Shown in pieces: positions 24,641 through 37,230 of a stretch of 64,000 bases of DNA (positions are counted from its first letter, which is position 1; every line of letters begins with the position of its first letter). This stretch comes from Thalia democratica (Eukaryota): assembly GCA_965202585.1 (NCBI GenBank), contig OZ241826.1, forward strand, positions 69,130,001 through 69,194,000, given 5' to 3'. Under the pieces are notes generated by a model, which worked only from the letters and a program-made list of their open reading frames with translations, did no database searches and was not told the origin of the DNA. A program made the translations under genes and the position numbers.

Positions 24641-25276
24641 GTGCAAAAATCTTAAACATTTTCGATTAAACTTAAAAAAATTTGATTTAAATAAAATATA
24701 TACCAGTAAAATTTATAAGTGATTAGTTTTGTTCATCTCTTTAACCATTGATTTGGTGTGTGGTATGTAGTTTATTGATAGTTTAATCTGTAAGCTACAC
24801 CTTCCCCTTATAGATTTTAGGTACTTTTCAACTTTGATTTTTTGGAAGGGCTATTGTTAATGTGCTTTGGGCTTTAGATTTTGAAATTATTCGATACTCA
24901 TTTGATTCCTAAGCTAGATTTGTGAACTGTTGCTGCCACATTTTTGAAGTGATTTTTGACTGAATTTGCCGTGGTGAAACTTTAAAACATAACGCGTGGC
25001 AAATAGTAGCTGAGATCAATGTTCTGCAAGATGAAGACAGGTTCTGAAGAATTTTGACAGGAGATGCTTGTTACAGGGATTTGTTGCTTTGGAACGTATA
25101 ATTGGAGATTGGTGACTTTGGAATCGTTGAATATTTGGTTGTGAAAGTTTTAATTTATTCAGTTTGTGCCTTGTATAAGTTTTATGTTTATGTTTATTTA
25201 ATCACTGTAATTTGTTTTTTTTCTTTTTATGTTAGTGTCTTTCAGTTTAAGTGACTTAGGTTTTAATGCCTAGGTC

Positions 25277-25756
25277 NNNNNNNNNNNNNNNNNNNNNNNN
25301 NNNNNNNNNNNNNNNNNNNNNNNNNNNNNNNNNNNNNNNNNNNNNNNNNNNNNNNNNNNNNNNNNNNNNNNNNNNNNNNNNNNNNNNNNNNNNNNNNNNN
25401 NNNNNNNNNNNNNNNNNNNNNNNNNNNNNNNNNNNNNNNNNNNNNNNNNNNNNNNNNNNNNNNNNNNNNNNNNNNNNNNNNNNNNNNNNNNNNNNNNNNN
25501 NNNNNNNNNNNNNNNNNNNNNNNNNNNNNNNNNNNNNNNNNNNNNNNNNNNNNNNNNNNNNNNNNNNNNNNNNNNNNNNNNNNNNNNNNNNNNNNNNNNN
25601 NNNNNNNNNNNNNNNNNNNNNNNNNNNNNNNNNNNNNNNNNNNNNNNNNNNNNNNNNNNNNNNNNNNNNNNNNNNNNNNNNNNNNNNNNNNNNNNNNNNN
25701 NNNNNNNNNNNNNNNNNNNNNNNNNNNNNNNNNNNNNNNNNNNNNNNNNNNNNNNN
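25277..25756. other. Assembly gap (480 N)
   Basis: Run of N. Confidence 0.98.
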
Positions 25757-26487
25757 GTAATAACAATAGTAATAACAATAGTAATAACAATAGTAATAAC
25801 AATAGTAATAACAATAGTAATAACAATAGTAATAACAATAGTAATAACAATAGTAATAACAATAGTAATAACAATAGTAATAACAATAGTAATAACAATA
25901 GTAATAACAATAGTAATAACAATAGTAATAACAATAGTAATAACAATAGTAATAACAATAGTAATAACAATAATAATAACAATAGTAATAACAATAGTAA
26001 TAACAATAGTAATAACAATAGTAATAACAATAGTAATAACAATAGTAATAACAATAATAATAACAATAGTAATAACAATAGTAATAACAATAGTAATAAC
26101 AATAGTAATAACAATAGTAATAACAATAGTAATAACAATAGTAATAACAATAGTAATAACAATAGTAATAACAATAGTAATAACAATAGTAATAACAATA
26201 GTAATAACAATAGTAATAACAATAGTAATAACAATAGTAATAACAATAGTAATAACAATAGTAATAACAATAGTAATAACAATAGTAATAACAATAGTAA
26301 TAACAACAGTAATAACAACAGTAATAACAACAGTAATAACAATAGTAATAACAATAGTAATAACAATAGTAATAACAATAGTAATAACAATAGTAATAAC
26401 AATAGTAATAACAATAGTAATAACAATAGTAATAACAATAGTAATAACAATAGTAATAACAATAGTAATAACAATAGTAATAACAAT
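25757..26487. repeat. (GTAATAACAATA)n 12-mer microsatellite, ~61 copies visible
   Basis: Nearly perfect 12-nt period with a few ATAATAACAATA and GTAATAACAACA variants; flanked by gaps. Confidence 0.97.
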
Positions 26488-26785
26488 NNNNNNNNNNNNN
26501 NNNNNNNNNNNNNNNNNNNNNNNNNNNNNNNNNNNNNNNNNNNNNNNNNNNNNNNNNNNNNNNNNNNNNNNNNNNNNNNNNNNNNNNNNNNNNNNNNNNN
26601 NNNNNNNNNNNNNNNNNNNNNNNNNNNNNNNNNNNNNNNNNNNNNNNNNNNNNNNNNNNNNNNNNNNNNNNNNNNNNNNNNNNNNNNNNNNNNNNNNNNN
26701 NNNNNNNNNNNNNNNNNNNNNNNNNNNNNNNNNNNNNNNNNNNNNNNNNNNNNNNNNNNNNNNNNNNNNNNNNNNNNNNNNNNNN
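26488..26785. other. Assembly gap (298 N)
   Basis: Run of N. Confidence 0.98.
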
Positions 26786-26838
26786 AAAATAAGAAAATTG
26801 TTTTATACTTTAGTTTGTTCAAGATGATGTTTCTTAAC

Positions 26839-28581
26839 TAGTGATGTACCGGACCCACAATTTTGGGTCCGGCCGGACCCGGATCCGGACTTTTTTTTCA
26901 AACTAGAATCCGGCCGGAACCGGACCCGGACTTTTTTTTCAAATTAGAATCCGGCCGGAACCGGACCCGGACTTTTTTTTCAAATTAGAGTCCGGCCGGA
27001 ACCGGATCCGGACTTTTTTTTCAAATTAGAATCCGGCCGGATCCGGATATCAGACAAAAATGGCAATATCCGGCCGGACCCGGATAGTGAGTCCGGTACA
27101 TCACTAGAATAAACTAACCTGAGTCAGAATGAGGTTTTTAAAAACTGAAAAAAAAGAACTTTAATCTAATAATAAGTAGAACAGCTAGCCACAAAGTTTA
27201 CAAATTTAGGTGTTATTTACAATTAAAAATCTGAAATCAAGTTCTTGAACAAAATACACTAGAAAATTACAAAATATTGAAAACTGGATCAGCTCAAACT
27301 CATTCAAAATCTAAAAGAAAACTAGCCTGAGTTTTTATAAAAAACTAAACTAGCCTGAGGCAGTCCAAGATTTTCTAAAATTCCCAAAAATTTTGAAACT
27401 AGCAGGTTGCCACTGTTTAAGTCAATAAAACTAGCTAGAGTGAGTATAAACAAGCCTGAGTCAGAATGAGGTTTTTAAAAACTGAAAAATTACTTTAATC
27501 TAACAATCAGTAGAACAGCTAGCAAAGGTTGACAATTTGGTAGTAAAGTTGTGGACTGATTGTGGTACACTTAACTTATTAGTACTACCCATCATAATTA
27601 AATCATACCTTATTTAATTAATATCTAACAAATACTAAATTCTAACTGAGACTACTTTCTATAATCAGACACGACAGTTTTGAGTGATGAATCTTTTATA
27701 TAAAACACAACAAGAAATACTAGCATATACAAAATTATTAATTACTTTGGTAACACTTTAAAAACTAGAAGCTATTTAAATCTATATCAAAAGAAATAAA
27801 ATAAAAAACTAAAAATTAAATAAAAATTTTAGTAAGCAAGAAACTGTAAAATTTTTAATAAACTATTAAACTATAAACCTGGCTTAAATATTTAAACAAT
27901 TAAACACCTGTTGAAATATTCACTTTTAAGACAAAACACTACTTACAATAAGCATTCACAAAAACGTTCAAGATATTTTGTTGCTTCAAGCTACACACCA
28001 AACTAACTAACTGCTTACATATAAACTGCCTGTCATGTTCTGATGTTTTGTTGCATAAGTATTTAGTTTGAAACATTTCGTCATATGATTCTCATTAGCT
28101 CGTACATTCAACAGTACTAACTCTAAATATTCTCTGAGCTCAACTTTAAACAATAAATAATGCAAGTATTCATTCAAAAGTTTTCAATTTTACAACATAT
28201 GTAAAGAGTTGCATTTCATGAAATGCTTATTTATAGTTTAAATGTAAACAAATGTAAATTAGTCACGTGTACAAAATGAGCCAATCACGGTAGGTGTTTA
28301 ATTTTAACTGACGAAAATGACTCTTATTAATTTTCACAGGGTTTGTTTTTGAAAAAATACTTTTCAGTATGCTCTTTTTTACTAACTAGATCCGGTTCCG
28401 GCCGGATCTCTGTTAGGATCCGGCCGGACCCGGATCCGGACTTTTTTTTCAAATTAGAATCCGGCCGGAACCGGATCCGGACTTTTTTTTCAAATTAGAG
28501 TCCGGCCGGATCCGGATATCAGACAAAAATGGCAATATCCGGCCGGACCCGGACCCGGATAGTGAGTCCGGTACATCACTA
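26839..28581 (-). mobile_element. Composite non-autonomous hAT element, copy C (inverted)
   Basis: Reverse complement of copies A/B; TSD ttcttaac (26831-26838, 28582-28589); absent from the equivalent site in U4 (~36260). Confidence 0.9.
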
Positions 28582-28599
28582 TTCTTAACACAACTTTAA

Positions 28600-29560
28600 C
28601 CATTTAGTTTTTTGTCAATTCACAAAAGTCTACTCTCTGTCGCCCATCGTATCAAAGATAAATATTTGGTTCAAACGACAGTAAAACACATCAAACTTGA
28701 ATGTCCTCGGGTGCTCGTCAATACTGTCTTTTTGTAAAATTTTCTCGGCGAAACAAACCTGTTGCACGTTGAATTAAAAACTTCAAGCTTAATTGAAAAA
28801 TTCTGCCGTAAATATTTATCATAACGACAATTTTGTGATTCTTCCTTTACGTCGGACATATTTGACCGTGACAGACTTTCGCAAACCAGAAATTTTTCCT
28901 CACTGTGCAGGTCCCACTACTTATTGCTTCACTTCGCCACTTTTCTCCATTTGTTATCTTTAAAACTCAACGCATGAGTCAAGATCACCGAAAACGGGTC
29001 CAACGTACCCTTCAACAACGCACACACTTTATGCATAAATGCACCCGCGCAACAAGGTCTACGGTAACTAGGCATACTTGCCATAACTTCCCACACTTTG
29101 GTAGCAGCTGAGTTCTTTCTTTTTTTGTAATCTCTGCTAGCAAATATTTCAAACTTGCTTTAGTTGCAGTATAGATTGGTAGTCTTAGATTTGCTTAACC
29201 TGTTTGTTTGTTTATAATTAATTTAACAAGACTAGTGAAATCATCACTTGCGGTAAAACTGCGGCTTATCAAAAACACAATTAAAAGCAGATACTGATAA
29301 CTAGGCGATCTTTCATAAATTGACTGCTTTCGTTTTTGAGATGTTTATCAACTTTGTGATTTAATTCAATGTTCTTTATTGTTGTCTATCTTCATCACGA
29401 AATCGATCATTAATTCATTACCAGAAAATATTTTTGCTAAAAGGTTAACGTCTAGTTCAAAAAGTTTATGGAGTCAGCGAATGTTGAGAAAAAGCGTTGA
29501 AGAAAACTGATCAACAGCTTGAATGAACTGGAAAGCTTGAAAAAGCGAGAATGAAAATGA
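28600..29560 (-). pseudogene. Decayed minus-strand ORF of the unit, unknown product
   Basis: One frame reads AFMHKVCALLKGTLDPFSVILTHALSFKDNKWRKVAK*SNK*WDLHSEEKFLVCESLSRSNMSDVKEESQ...FTVV with only two internal stops; GC is higher than in the flanks. Confidence 0.45.
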
Positions 29561-30072
29561 CCAGTGTAACATTTTAATATCAGTTGTATCTCCTATGTAA
29601 TTGTATATATTTTTTAATTTTTAACTTCTATCTATGAAAGTATGCTCTTTTCTAATGCAAATACTAATTTCTCCTATTCATTAGGTTACAGTATTCCTAA
29701 AGTTGTTTACATTATTTATATGAAATTTAATACAAGTATTTTTACTTGATACTGCGTAGCAGAGTAACTAAAATGTAAGTAATTAATAATTCTGAACAAA
29801 ATTTATTTTTTAACTTCAAATAATTTTTGGCGATCTATTAAAAGGCAACAATGCCGCATAGTAAAAATTAAAGCTAAACTTTTTCATTAAAGCTTATATT
29901 AGTTCTAACTTAATTATTGTTAAATATAGTTTAAAAAACAATGATTATTCTAATAATAAATTTTATGTTTATTCAATTAACCAGACCAATTTTGAAAAGT
30001 ATAATATGAAACATTAGAAGGTTTATTATTCTTAAAAAATTAGCTTTTTTATACTTTTATCTAAGTTTAAAG

Positions 30073-31586
30073 CAGGGAACGGCTGACAATTGGTTCTCCG
30101 GGCTAAATTCCAAGTTTCAAAATTTTCCGCGGGCCGCAGTTTAGTTTAAGTTAGTTTTTTACTTTTAATCGGGTTTAGTCACATTTAGCTACTTATAGGG
30201 GTGTGGCCTGGCCTATTTAAAATGCATTTTTGTTTTAGAGTCTAAAGTTAATATTTAATATAATACTTTTCTCCTAATATTATTTCTATCATTATTTATA
30301 AATTCATTTAAATAAAATAACTGTTTTGTTCTTTTCATTATCACCTAACTCTTTAACAATGAAATAAGCAATCTATCAGACGTTTTGTGTTTGAAAAAAA
30401 CTTACACGATACACAACAATAAAAGATCAACTACAAACACAGTGACGCAATAAAACAATTAATAAAATTTGATATCCTTTTCTAGTTCGGTTTCATAAAA
30501 TGTTGTTTTTTAGTTTTTCTTCCAGTCTTTTGAATTTTGTAGATAGCCATTTCACGTAGTCATTTACAAGCAACTCTCACTGACATCTGTAAAAAACTAA
30601 GCTCCAAAAACAGATGTGGATCACTTTAAACACTTTTTATATAATTAAGTTCTATTTATTTAGATAACATTTTATTTTAAGTTGTTATATATCTTTATAT
30701 GAAAATAATCTTTATATATTCAATACATTGCACAGAACATATTTAAAGTTTTAGTTATTTTGTTAAGTTAACTAAAATATAAATAAAACTTATTTTATTT
30801 TAAACAGCGCAAGGTTTTATTTAGAACCTTTAAATACTTTAATAATCTAATTAAAGTTTTCTTGGTTGCAACTTTTTCAAACAAAAATGTTACAATCATT
30901 TACATCAAACCAGTCAGTGTTTTTAAAAGATAAAAAAATCTAAAAAAGCCAAGATTGAAAATTTTTGCCATTTAAACAAAATAATTTAAAAACTGAAAAA
31001 ATATTTTAATTTTAGTTAATAGTTTTTTATTTCTTTTAAATGTTTCTTTACAAATTTCAATATAGTTATAAAAAAATTATAAAAGAAACATTTTTATAAT
31101 CACATGTCAAAGCAAAGACCTAAATTATAAAGAATTGACATGTTAGTAAAACACTGTAATGTTTGTACACATAAAAACCTTTATACTAAATAAAATTACT
31201 TATTGCATTGTCAACTTACTGAATCTAAGAAACTTTCCAATTCAAGTACGTAAGCTTTTGTATACAGTCCAAGATTTTGTTGTTTGAAAGGAAAAGCAAA
31301 ATCTAAACTCTAAAGAAAAACTGCTAGAACTAGTATCTGTCTTTTTTCACATATTTAAGCTTAAACAGTAAAGATAATAAATGGTTTTTTAAATAATATC
31401 CAGAAACTTAAAACAAAACTAATAAAAATACTGTTTTTCTTTTATTTCAAAAAGTCAATTTAAAATATAGTTTTGTTTAGCGGGCAAAATTTACATGCTC
31501 GCAGGCCGCAGCTTTTTTTTTGCGGGCCACAAATTTACACTTCGAGGGCTGCAGTTGGCCCGCGGGCCGCAGTTTGCCGACCTCTG
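30073..31586 (-). mobile_element. Charlie-like hAT element in U3 (carries the empty retrozyme site)
   Basis: Same ends as 1056-2838; single tatatctttatatga at 30748-30762. Confidence 0.7.
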
Positions 31587-33354
31587 GACTAAAACTTCAA
31601 CAGTTTTGTTCAAATAGCAGCCAAGTACATTGTCACTGCATCCATCTATTGCTGAGGAGAGTATCTGTAAAGCAAATGAAAATTATACTTTGTAAAGTTT
31701 TTATATCATAAACACATCATTAATATTTTATACATATCAAGCATAAAAGACATATTTAAATTAAAATTATTTTAAACTCTTCATCCAAACTTATATATTT
31801 TTAAAACGTTGTAAAGAAGTTCAAATAGTTTCAACTAATCACTACTTTATATTTATTTAAGTTACAACCAAACATGTGCACGACTGAAAAAATTCGGATG
31901 ATTCAAATACTTTTACAAAATTATATCAAAAATAATAAATATTTGAAAAAATAAAAAGCGTATGTAGATCTCATTAATATCTACAAGCCATTTTTTCCTT
32001 TCTACAAAACTTTCAATATATTTTTTGAAATGATTTAAACAAACTTTTAAATATAATTTTTTTCAGTAGTTTTAAAAAAATTCAAATAAAAATTAAAAAC
32101 TTTACAAAAGTAAAAAATGACTAGTAGATATTGATAAGACCTACTACATATGTATTAACTTTTAAAATATATATTACTTTTGAAGATATAGTCTGTTAAA
32201 TTTTTTTAAAGAATTTGGATTGTCATTGAACCCAATCAAACAAGTTTAAAAAAAGAAAGCCCCTTTTTTGTAAAAAAAAAAACTTTTGTAATAGTTTTAC
32301 GATTGTGGTATACCTTATATATATAAAAATATTGTGTTTATTAACCTTAAACACATAGGTAGATAGACAAAAAAACAAAAATAGACCATTAAAGCAGCAG
32401 GTGAGGCGACATTCGAACGAACAGTTTGAAGCAGAATTTTACAAAATGTTTCTGGCTCAACAAATGATACAATTAAACGAGCTGATTTTGTAGTGTGAAA
32501 ATTATTTTACTGTATAAACTTCATAGAAAAACTCGCTTACAATAATAAATGAAAATTTTAAGGCTTAAATCAAAATATTTTTTTTTAGTTTCAAAAAGTA
32601 AAACTGATTATATCAGTATTTTGCTTGAGGCCATTGGGAATCTTTTTAGAATTTTTTAAGTTCAAGTTTAAAAAAAATATATGTACCATTTTTTTAGTTA
32701 GAATTTTTTGTATAAATTTAAAACTTACTTTAAATATATATTTTCTTTCTTTTTATTTCTGTATTTTAATATTTTTTAATAGTATATTGAAAGATTTAAA
32801 AAAACTAAAACTTTGGGTTAAAAACTTCTATATAAAAATTCCTGCAAGTAGAAAAGTAGTCAAAAGTAAACTAAGTTTGAAAGATAAATTTGTAAAAGTT
32901 TGTAGAAGATTTTAAAAAAAAACAAGGAATTTTGGAATTTGGAAGATATACTGGAAGTAATTTTTTTTTCACCCAATTTAATATTGGGGCTTTCTATAAT
33001 AAACCTATAGAACTCGCCAACTTTTAAATGCTTATCTTAAAAGTTTATTTAAATTTAGTTAAGCGGTAAAAAGTATCCGACAACTGTGATAGAATTCTAC
33101 AAAGTGAAATCAACTTGTAAAAAATAAAGTCAATTTCCCCATGACCTTAATCATCAGACAGTAAACTGCGGTCTACGGCATACCTAAAAGCTAAAAATAT
33201 TTATTACAACAATTGTTATAAAAATTTTCGTACAAACCTAACAATTCAGTTCTTAATCTAGTTATTATCCTTAAACATTTATTATTGCTTCTTTTATCAT
33301 GTTTTTGATAAAGAAGAACAGTTTTAAATTGATAAATACAACCGTTTTGAATTA

Positions 33355-33600
33355 ATTTGGGCCCATGAAAGACTTTTTTCTATACAGCGAGGCCTGCAGA
33401 CAACTATTTATAGAAAAACTGATCCGCGACTTATAAAAGGCTGCTGCCTCCTGATGATATAAAAAAAACCTGTAAGCTGCAAACCTAGGGCGCTTCTGAT
33501 TGGTTAATGTTTTACTTATCGAAAAATCGATTAAGTCCTTAAACTTGTAACTAAGCATTTAATTTATCTAGTGAGTTTGATTATGACGTTTTCACCAAAC
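33355..33600 (+). promoter_or_regulatory. Candidate Pol II promoter of the orphan gene (conserved in all four units)
   Basis: tgggccc, TATA-like tataaaa, reverse CCAAT (ctgattggtt) and tgacgt motifs 100-340 nt upstream of the ATG. Motif inspection only. Confidence 0.3.
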
Positions 33601-33694
33601 TGATATTCAAAACATATTTTAATACGAAAAACATATAAACAAACTGTAACAAGTGTTTTTATACTTTGATTGCATTCCAAATATTAAAATCAAT

Positions 33695-34921
33695 ATGCCA
33701 AGTGGTCAAAAGACTTCGGATTTTCTTGATCAAATCATGAAACGAATGGACGAGACAATTGGGTCGATCGGCGCATCTAAACAAGTTCATAAAGTGGAAA
33801 AACTTCCTAAGGAGGGACCTGAAGATCGTGAAAAGCTTGTTCTAAGGTTCTATCGATTCGAGGCCCCAATTGTCAACTGCGCGAACAAAGAAGAGCTGCT
33901 GGAACATTTTGAGAAAAGGTGCGAGTGGAAGGTTATGCTCCCTTCAGCTCTTCAAAACGATGAAGCTAAGGAAAACATCAAAAGTGAAAAAGTCAAGTCT
34001 GATGAGATTATGTTTACTCTGGACGAAGTTTTAAAGCCGTGGTCGAAGGCGAGCATGGAGAAGATGCGAATGATGAAAGAAAGAGAGCAGGCAGAGGTGA
34101 CGCGACTGTGCAGGCCGGATTACGAGTGCGACCCGGAAATCAAGACAACGCAGAGCAGGTTCCTTTCAGACGCGGGACTTTTCAAGCCGTGCGCGAGCAC
34201 CACGCAAAAGAAACGGGTCTCAAAGTACTCAAAACTCGAGGAAGGAGGGAACAAGAAAGCTGTGCTAAAAGAAGATGTTTCTTCAAAAAATCCGATTGTT
34301 GCGAAGCGTAACATTTGCGGTTTCAACAGGAGAAAAAAGAGTCTTCGGGAGTTTGTCGCCAGCAAGAGTGGGTTTAAAATGTTCAACACCAACAGAAGCA
34401 AAGCTTGCAACAATTTGAAAGCTCCTTCTACAGTGAAAAGACAGCTTGCTTACAAAAACTCTCAGTTGCAATCCAGCAAACAATGTTCCGAGCAGGAACA
34501 CCAGGAAAGGGCTTACAAAAAACGTCGTTTTCTCATAGAACAGCACAATCTGAACAAGCAGATGACAAAGTGTAAGAGCGATCAAAACCCATTCAAGCCT
34601 GATTTCACTTGCCGGACGAAAACGAGGCCAAGCTGTTTCAACCCACGAAAACGAAAATGTGAATGGTTAGAAGAAAGAGCTAATAAAAAGCGTGCTATTG
34701 AAAATAAGTTCGATTCCCAGGCAAATGTGAAACAAACTTCTACAAAACCGATCGATGCAAAATACGAGAAGAGCTTGAAAAGGTTTATGGACAACACTAA
34801 AGCAAATTTGGTCAAATACCAGAAATCCTCGACAAAATTGATCGGTTATGTTCCTCTGACCAGTTCTCGCAGACGAAAGTTTAAGTCTAAGATCTCGTTC
34901 AGAAATAACAAGTTAGTTTAA
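33695..34921 (+). CDS. Orphan protein, 408 aa, basic K/R/S-rich C-terminal half (copy U3, intact)
   Basis: Uninterrupted ORF from the first ATG (MPSGQKTSDF...) to TAA; the track's start at 33653 is a GTG. No domain recognised. Confidence 0.75.
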   Translation: MPSGQKTSDFLDQIMKRMDETIGSIGASKQVHKVEKLPKEGPEDREKLVLRFYRFEAPIVNCANKEELLEHFEKRCEWKVMLPSALQNDEAKENIKSEKVKSDEIMFTLDEVLKPWSKASMEKMRMMKEREQAEVTRLCRPDYECDPEIKTTQSRFLSDAGLFKPCASTTQKKRVSKYSKLEEGGNKKAVLKEDVSSKNPIVAKRNICGFNRRKKSLREFVASKSGFKMFNTNRSKACNNLKAPSTVKRQLAYKNSQLQSSKQCSEQEHQERAYKKRRFLIEQHNLNKQMTKCKSDQNPFKPDFTCRTKTRPSCFNPRKRKCEWLEERANKKRAIENKFDSQANVKQTSTKPIDAKYEKSLKRFMDNTKANLVKYQKSSTKLIGYVPLTSSRRRKFKSKISFRNNKLV

Positions 34922-36289
34922 GCACGATGTTAATTTTGAAGTCGTTATTAAAGTTGAAATAATTTTTTCTTATTCAAATTTGAATTTCAATAAGGTAAAG
35001 TATAAGTATTTTAGTTATATAAGTTGATTGTTTTAATTCAGTTTTTTTTGTTAATTTACTTCAGACATTCTACCCATTTTTTTGTTTAAAAAACTTTGTT
35101 CCTAAAAAAAAATTTTTATGCTAAATGATAAGCAGTTGTTGCAAGTAGTTTTTGAGTTGATAAATTTTTTAAAAAATATAAGTTATTGATTTAAAATGCT
35201 AGTGTCAGGTTTTAAAAAATTACTTTATTGCTTTTTTTCACGTTTAATTTATTTCTAATTAACATTTTCAAATGTTAGTGTCAGATTTTAAAATTCCAGG
35301 TTTTTAAATAATATTTTTTAATGTTAGTGTCAGGTTTAAATACCAGGTTTTTTAAGTAGTAATAATTTTTAATGTAACTGTCAGGTTTAATATACTAGGA
35401 TTTTTAAGGAAACAATTTTTAAAATTAGTTTCAGGTTATTTTTTTAAAGTCAGGTAAACTCAGGTAAAGTCAGGTGGTGAGGTTTACAGCTTTGAAATAC
35501 CATTAAGGTATTTTAAAGCTGTGAAAAGTGCACACTTAATAACAACTGAAGATAAAAAAGTATACATCAACTAACTTCAATAATTTTCAATTGTTATTAT
35601 TTCCTTCACGTGGTCCTCGCTGTAAGTACAGTGTTAGAAACATTAATTAAAAACATAAATAGTTAATGTTTTTGAACTTGTTTTTAACACTTGAAACCAA
35701 AGTGCACAGTTATTTGTTTTACATTCTCAAGTACTAACTTTAAATTAAAACTTCTTAAATTATGATTTAAATTAGAAAAAACATACCAATTTTTAATAAA
35801 ATGAAGTTTTATCATTTTTAAATTTGGTCAACTGTAGCTAAGGTTATGAGTTTTGGCCATTTAGGGTTTTTTTTTTCACAAAAAAAAAGCGATGGTCACT
35901 AAACACAATAATTTTAAAGCATATAGATTAATCAACTATTTTTTAAGAATAACTAATTAGTTTGTATAACCTGTAATAGGTGTATTTTATTAAACGTACA
36001 CTTTTTCATATTTAAATATTTGCAATGGTATGTAATGCAAGGGCGTTTTTTTAATTGGTTTCCTGTTTCAAAAAATATTTTAAAAATATCACTAAAAACG
36101 TTGTTTATTGACTTTGTTTTGGTTAATTATTTTGGTTTATACTAAACTTTTCGAAAAAACGTTAATACAAGAATTTCATATAGTCCTTAACAAGTAAACC
36201 ACAACTGTTAGAATATAAGAAAATTGTTTTATAATTTAGTTCGTTCAAGATGAGGTTGATTAACACAACTTTAACCATTTAATTTTTGT

Positions 36290-37230
36290 TAATTCACAAA
36301 ATTCTACTCTCTGTCGCCCATTTATCGTATCAAAGATAAATATTTGGTTCAAACGAAAGTAAAACACATCAAACTTGAATATCCTCGGGTGCTCGTCAAT
36401 ACTCTTTCCTTGTAAAATTCTTTTAGCGAAACAAGCCTGTTGGACATTGAATTAAAAACTTCAAAGCTTGATTTGAAAATCCTGCCATAAATATTCATCA
36501 TCTCGACAATTTTGTGATTCTTCCTTTACGTCGGACATATTTGACCGTGACAGACTTCCGCAAACCAGAAATTTTTCCTCACTCTGCAGGTCGCACTACT
36601 TATTGCTTCACTTTGCCACTTTTCTCCATTTGTTATCTTTAAAACTCAACGCATGAGTCAAGATCACCGAAAACGGGTCCAACGTACCCTTCAACAACGC
36701 ACACACTTTATGCATGAATGCAACAAAGTCTACGGTAACTAGGCATGCTTGCCATAACTTCCCACAATAGCAGCTGAGTTCTTTCTTTTTTGTGATCTCT
36801 GCTAGCAAATATTTCAAACATACTTTGGTTGCAGTATAGATTGGTAGTCAAAGATTTGCTTAAGTTGTTTGTTTGTTTATAATAAATTTAACAAGACTAG
36901 TGAAATCATCACTTGCAGTAAAACTGCAGCTTATCAAAAACACAATTAAAAGCAGATACTGATAGCTAAGCGAACTTTCATAAATTGACTGCTTTCGTTT
37001 TTGAGATGTTTATCAATTTTGTGATTTGATTCAATGATCTTTACTATTGTCAATCTTCATCACGAAATCGATCATTAATTCATTACCAGAAAATATTTTT
37101 GCTAAAAGGTTAACGTCAAGTTCAAAAAGTTTATGGAGTCAGCGAATGTTGAGAAAAAGCGTTGAAGAAAACTAATCAGCAGCTTGAATGAACTGAAAAG
37201 CTTGAAAAGGCGAGAATGAAAATGACCAGT
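36290..37230 (-). pseudogene. Decayed minus-strand ORF of the unit, copy U4
   Basis: Homologous to 28600-29560; includes the track ORF 36608-36817. Confidence 0.4.

Larger units (their letters stand above)
14293..25276 (+). mobile_element. 5'-truncated CR1-group LINE (ORF1, degraded ORF2, probable 3' UTR) with nested DNA transposons
   Basis: Sequence leaves the unit junction at 14293; the ORF1 frame LQNDICKLKNEYTEKSLSLE continues as QRLVELKNDDC after 21006. The 3' boundary is uncertain because of the gap. Confidence 0.75.
26786..36213 (+). repeat. Tandem unit U3 plus junction J (includes hAT copy C)
   Basis: The start aaaataagaaaattgttttata matches ~36214; colinear with U4 and U1; lacks the 254-bp insertion. 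Confidence 0.88.

Noticed and set aside
25757-26487. The microsatellite as a telomeric repeat
   Set aside because: It is not TTAGGG-like, lacks G-tracts and is interstitial.
25263-26822. 519-aa and 164-aa ORFs in the track
   Set aside because: Artefacts of N runs and the stop-free strand of the microsatellite (poly-Leu).
33653-33694. N-terminal extension MFLYFDCIPNIKIN of the orphan ORF (all copies)
   Set aside because: It starts at GTG; in a eukaryote the first ATG (33695) is the more plausible start.
34039-34815. Short alternative-frame and antisense ORFs overlapping the orphan gene (and equivalents in the other units)
   Set aside because: Expected by-products of a GC-richer coding region; their recurrence reflects duplication, not independent conservation.
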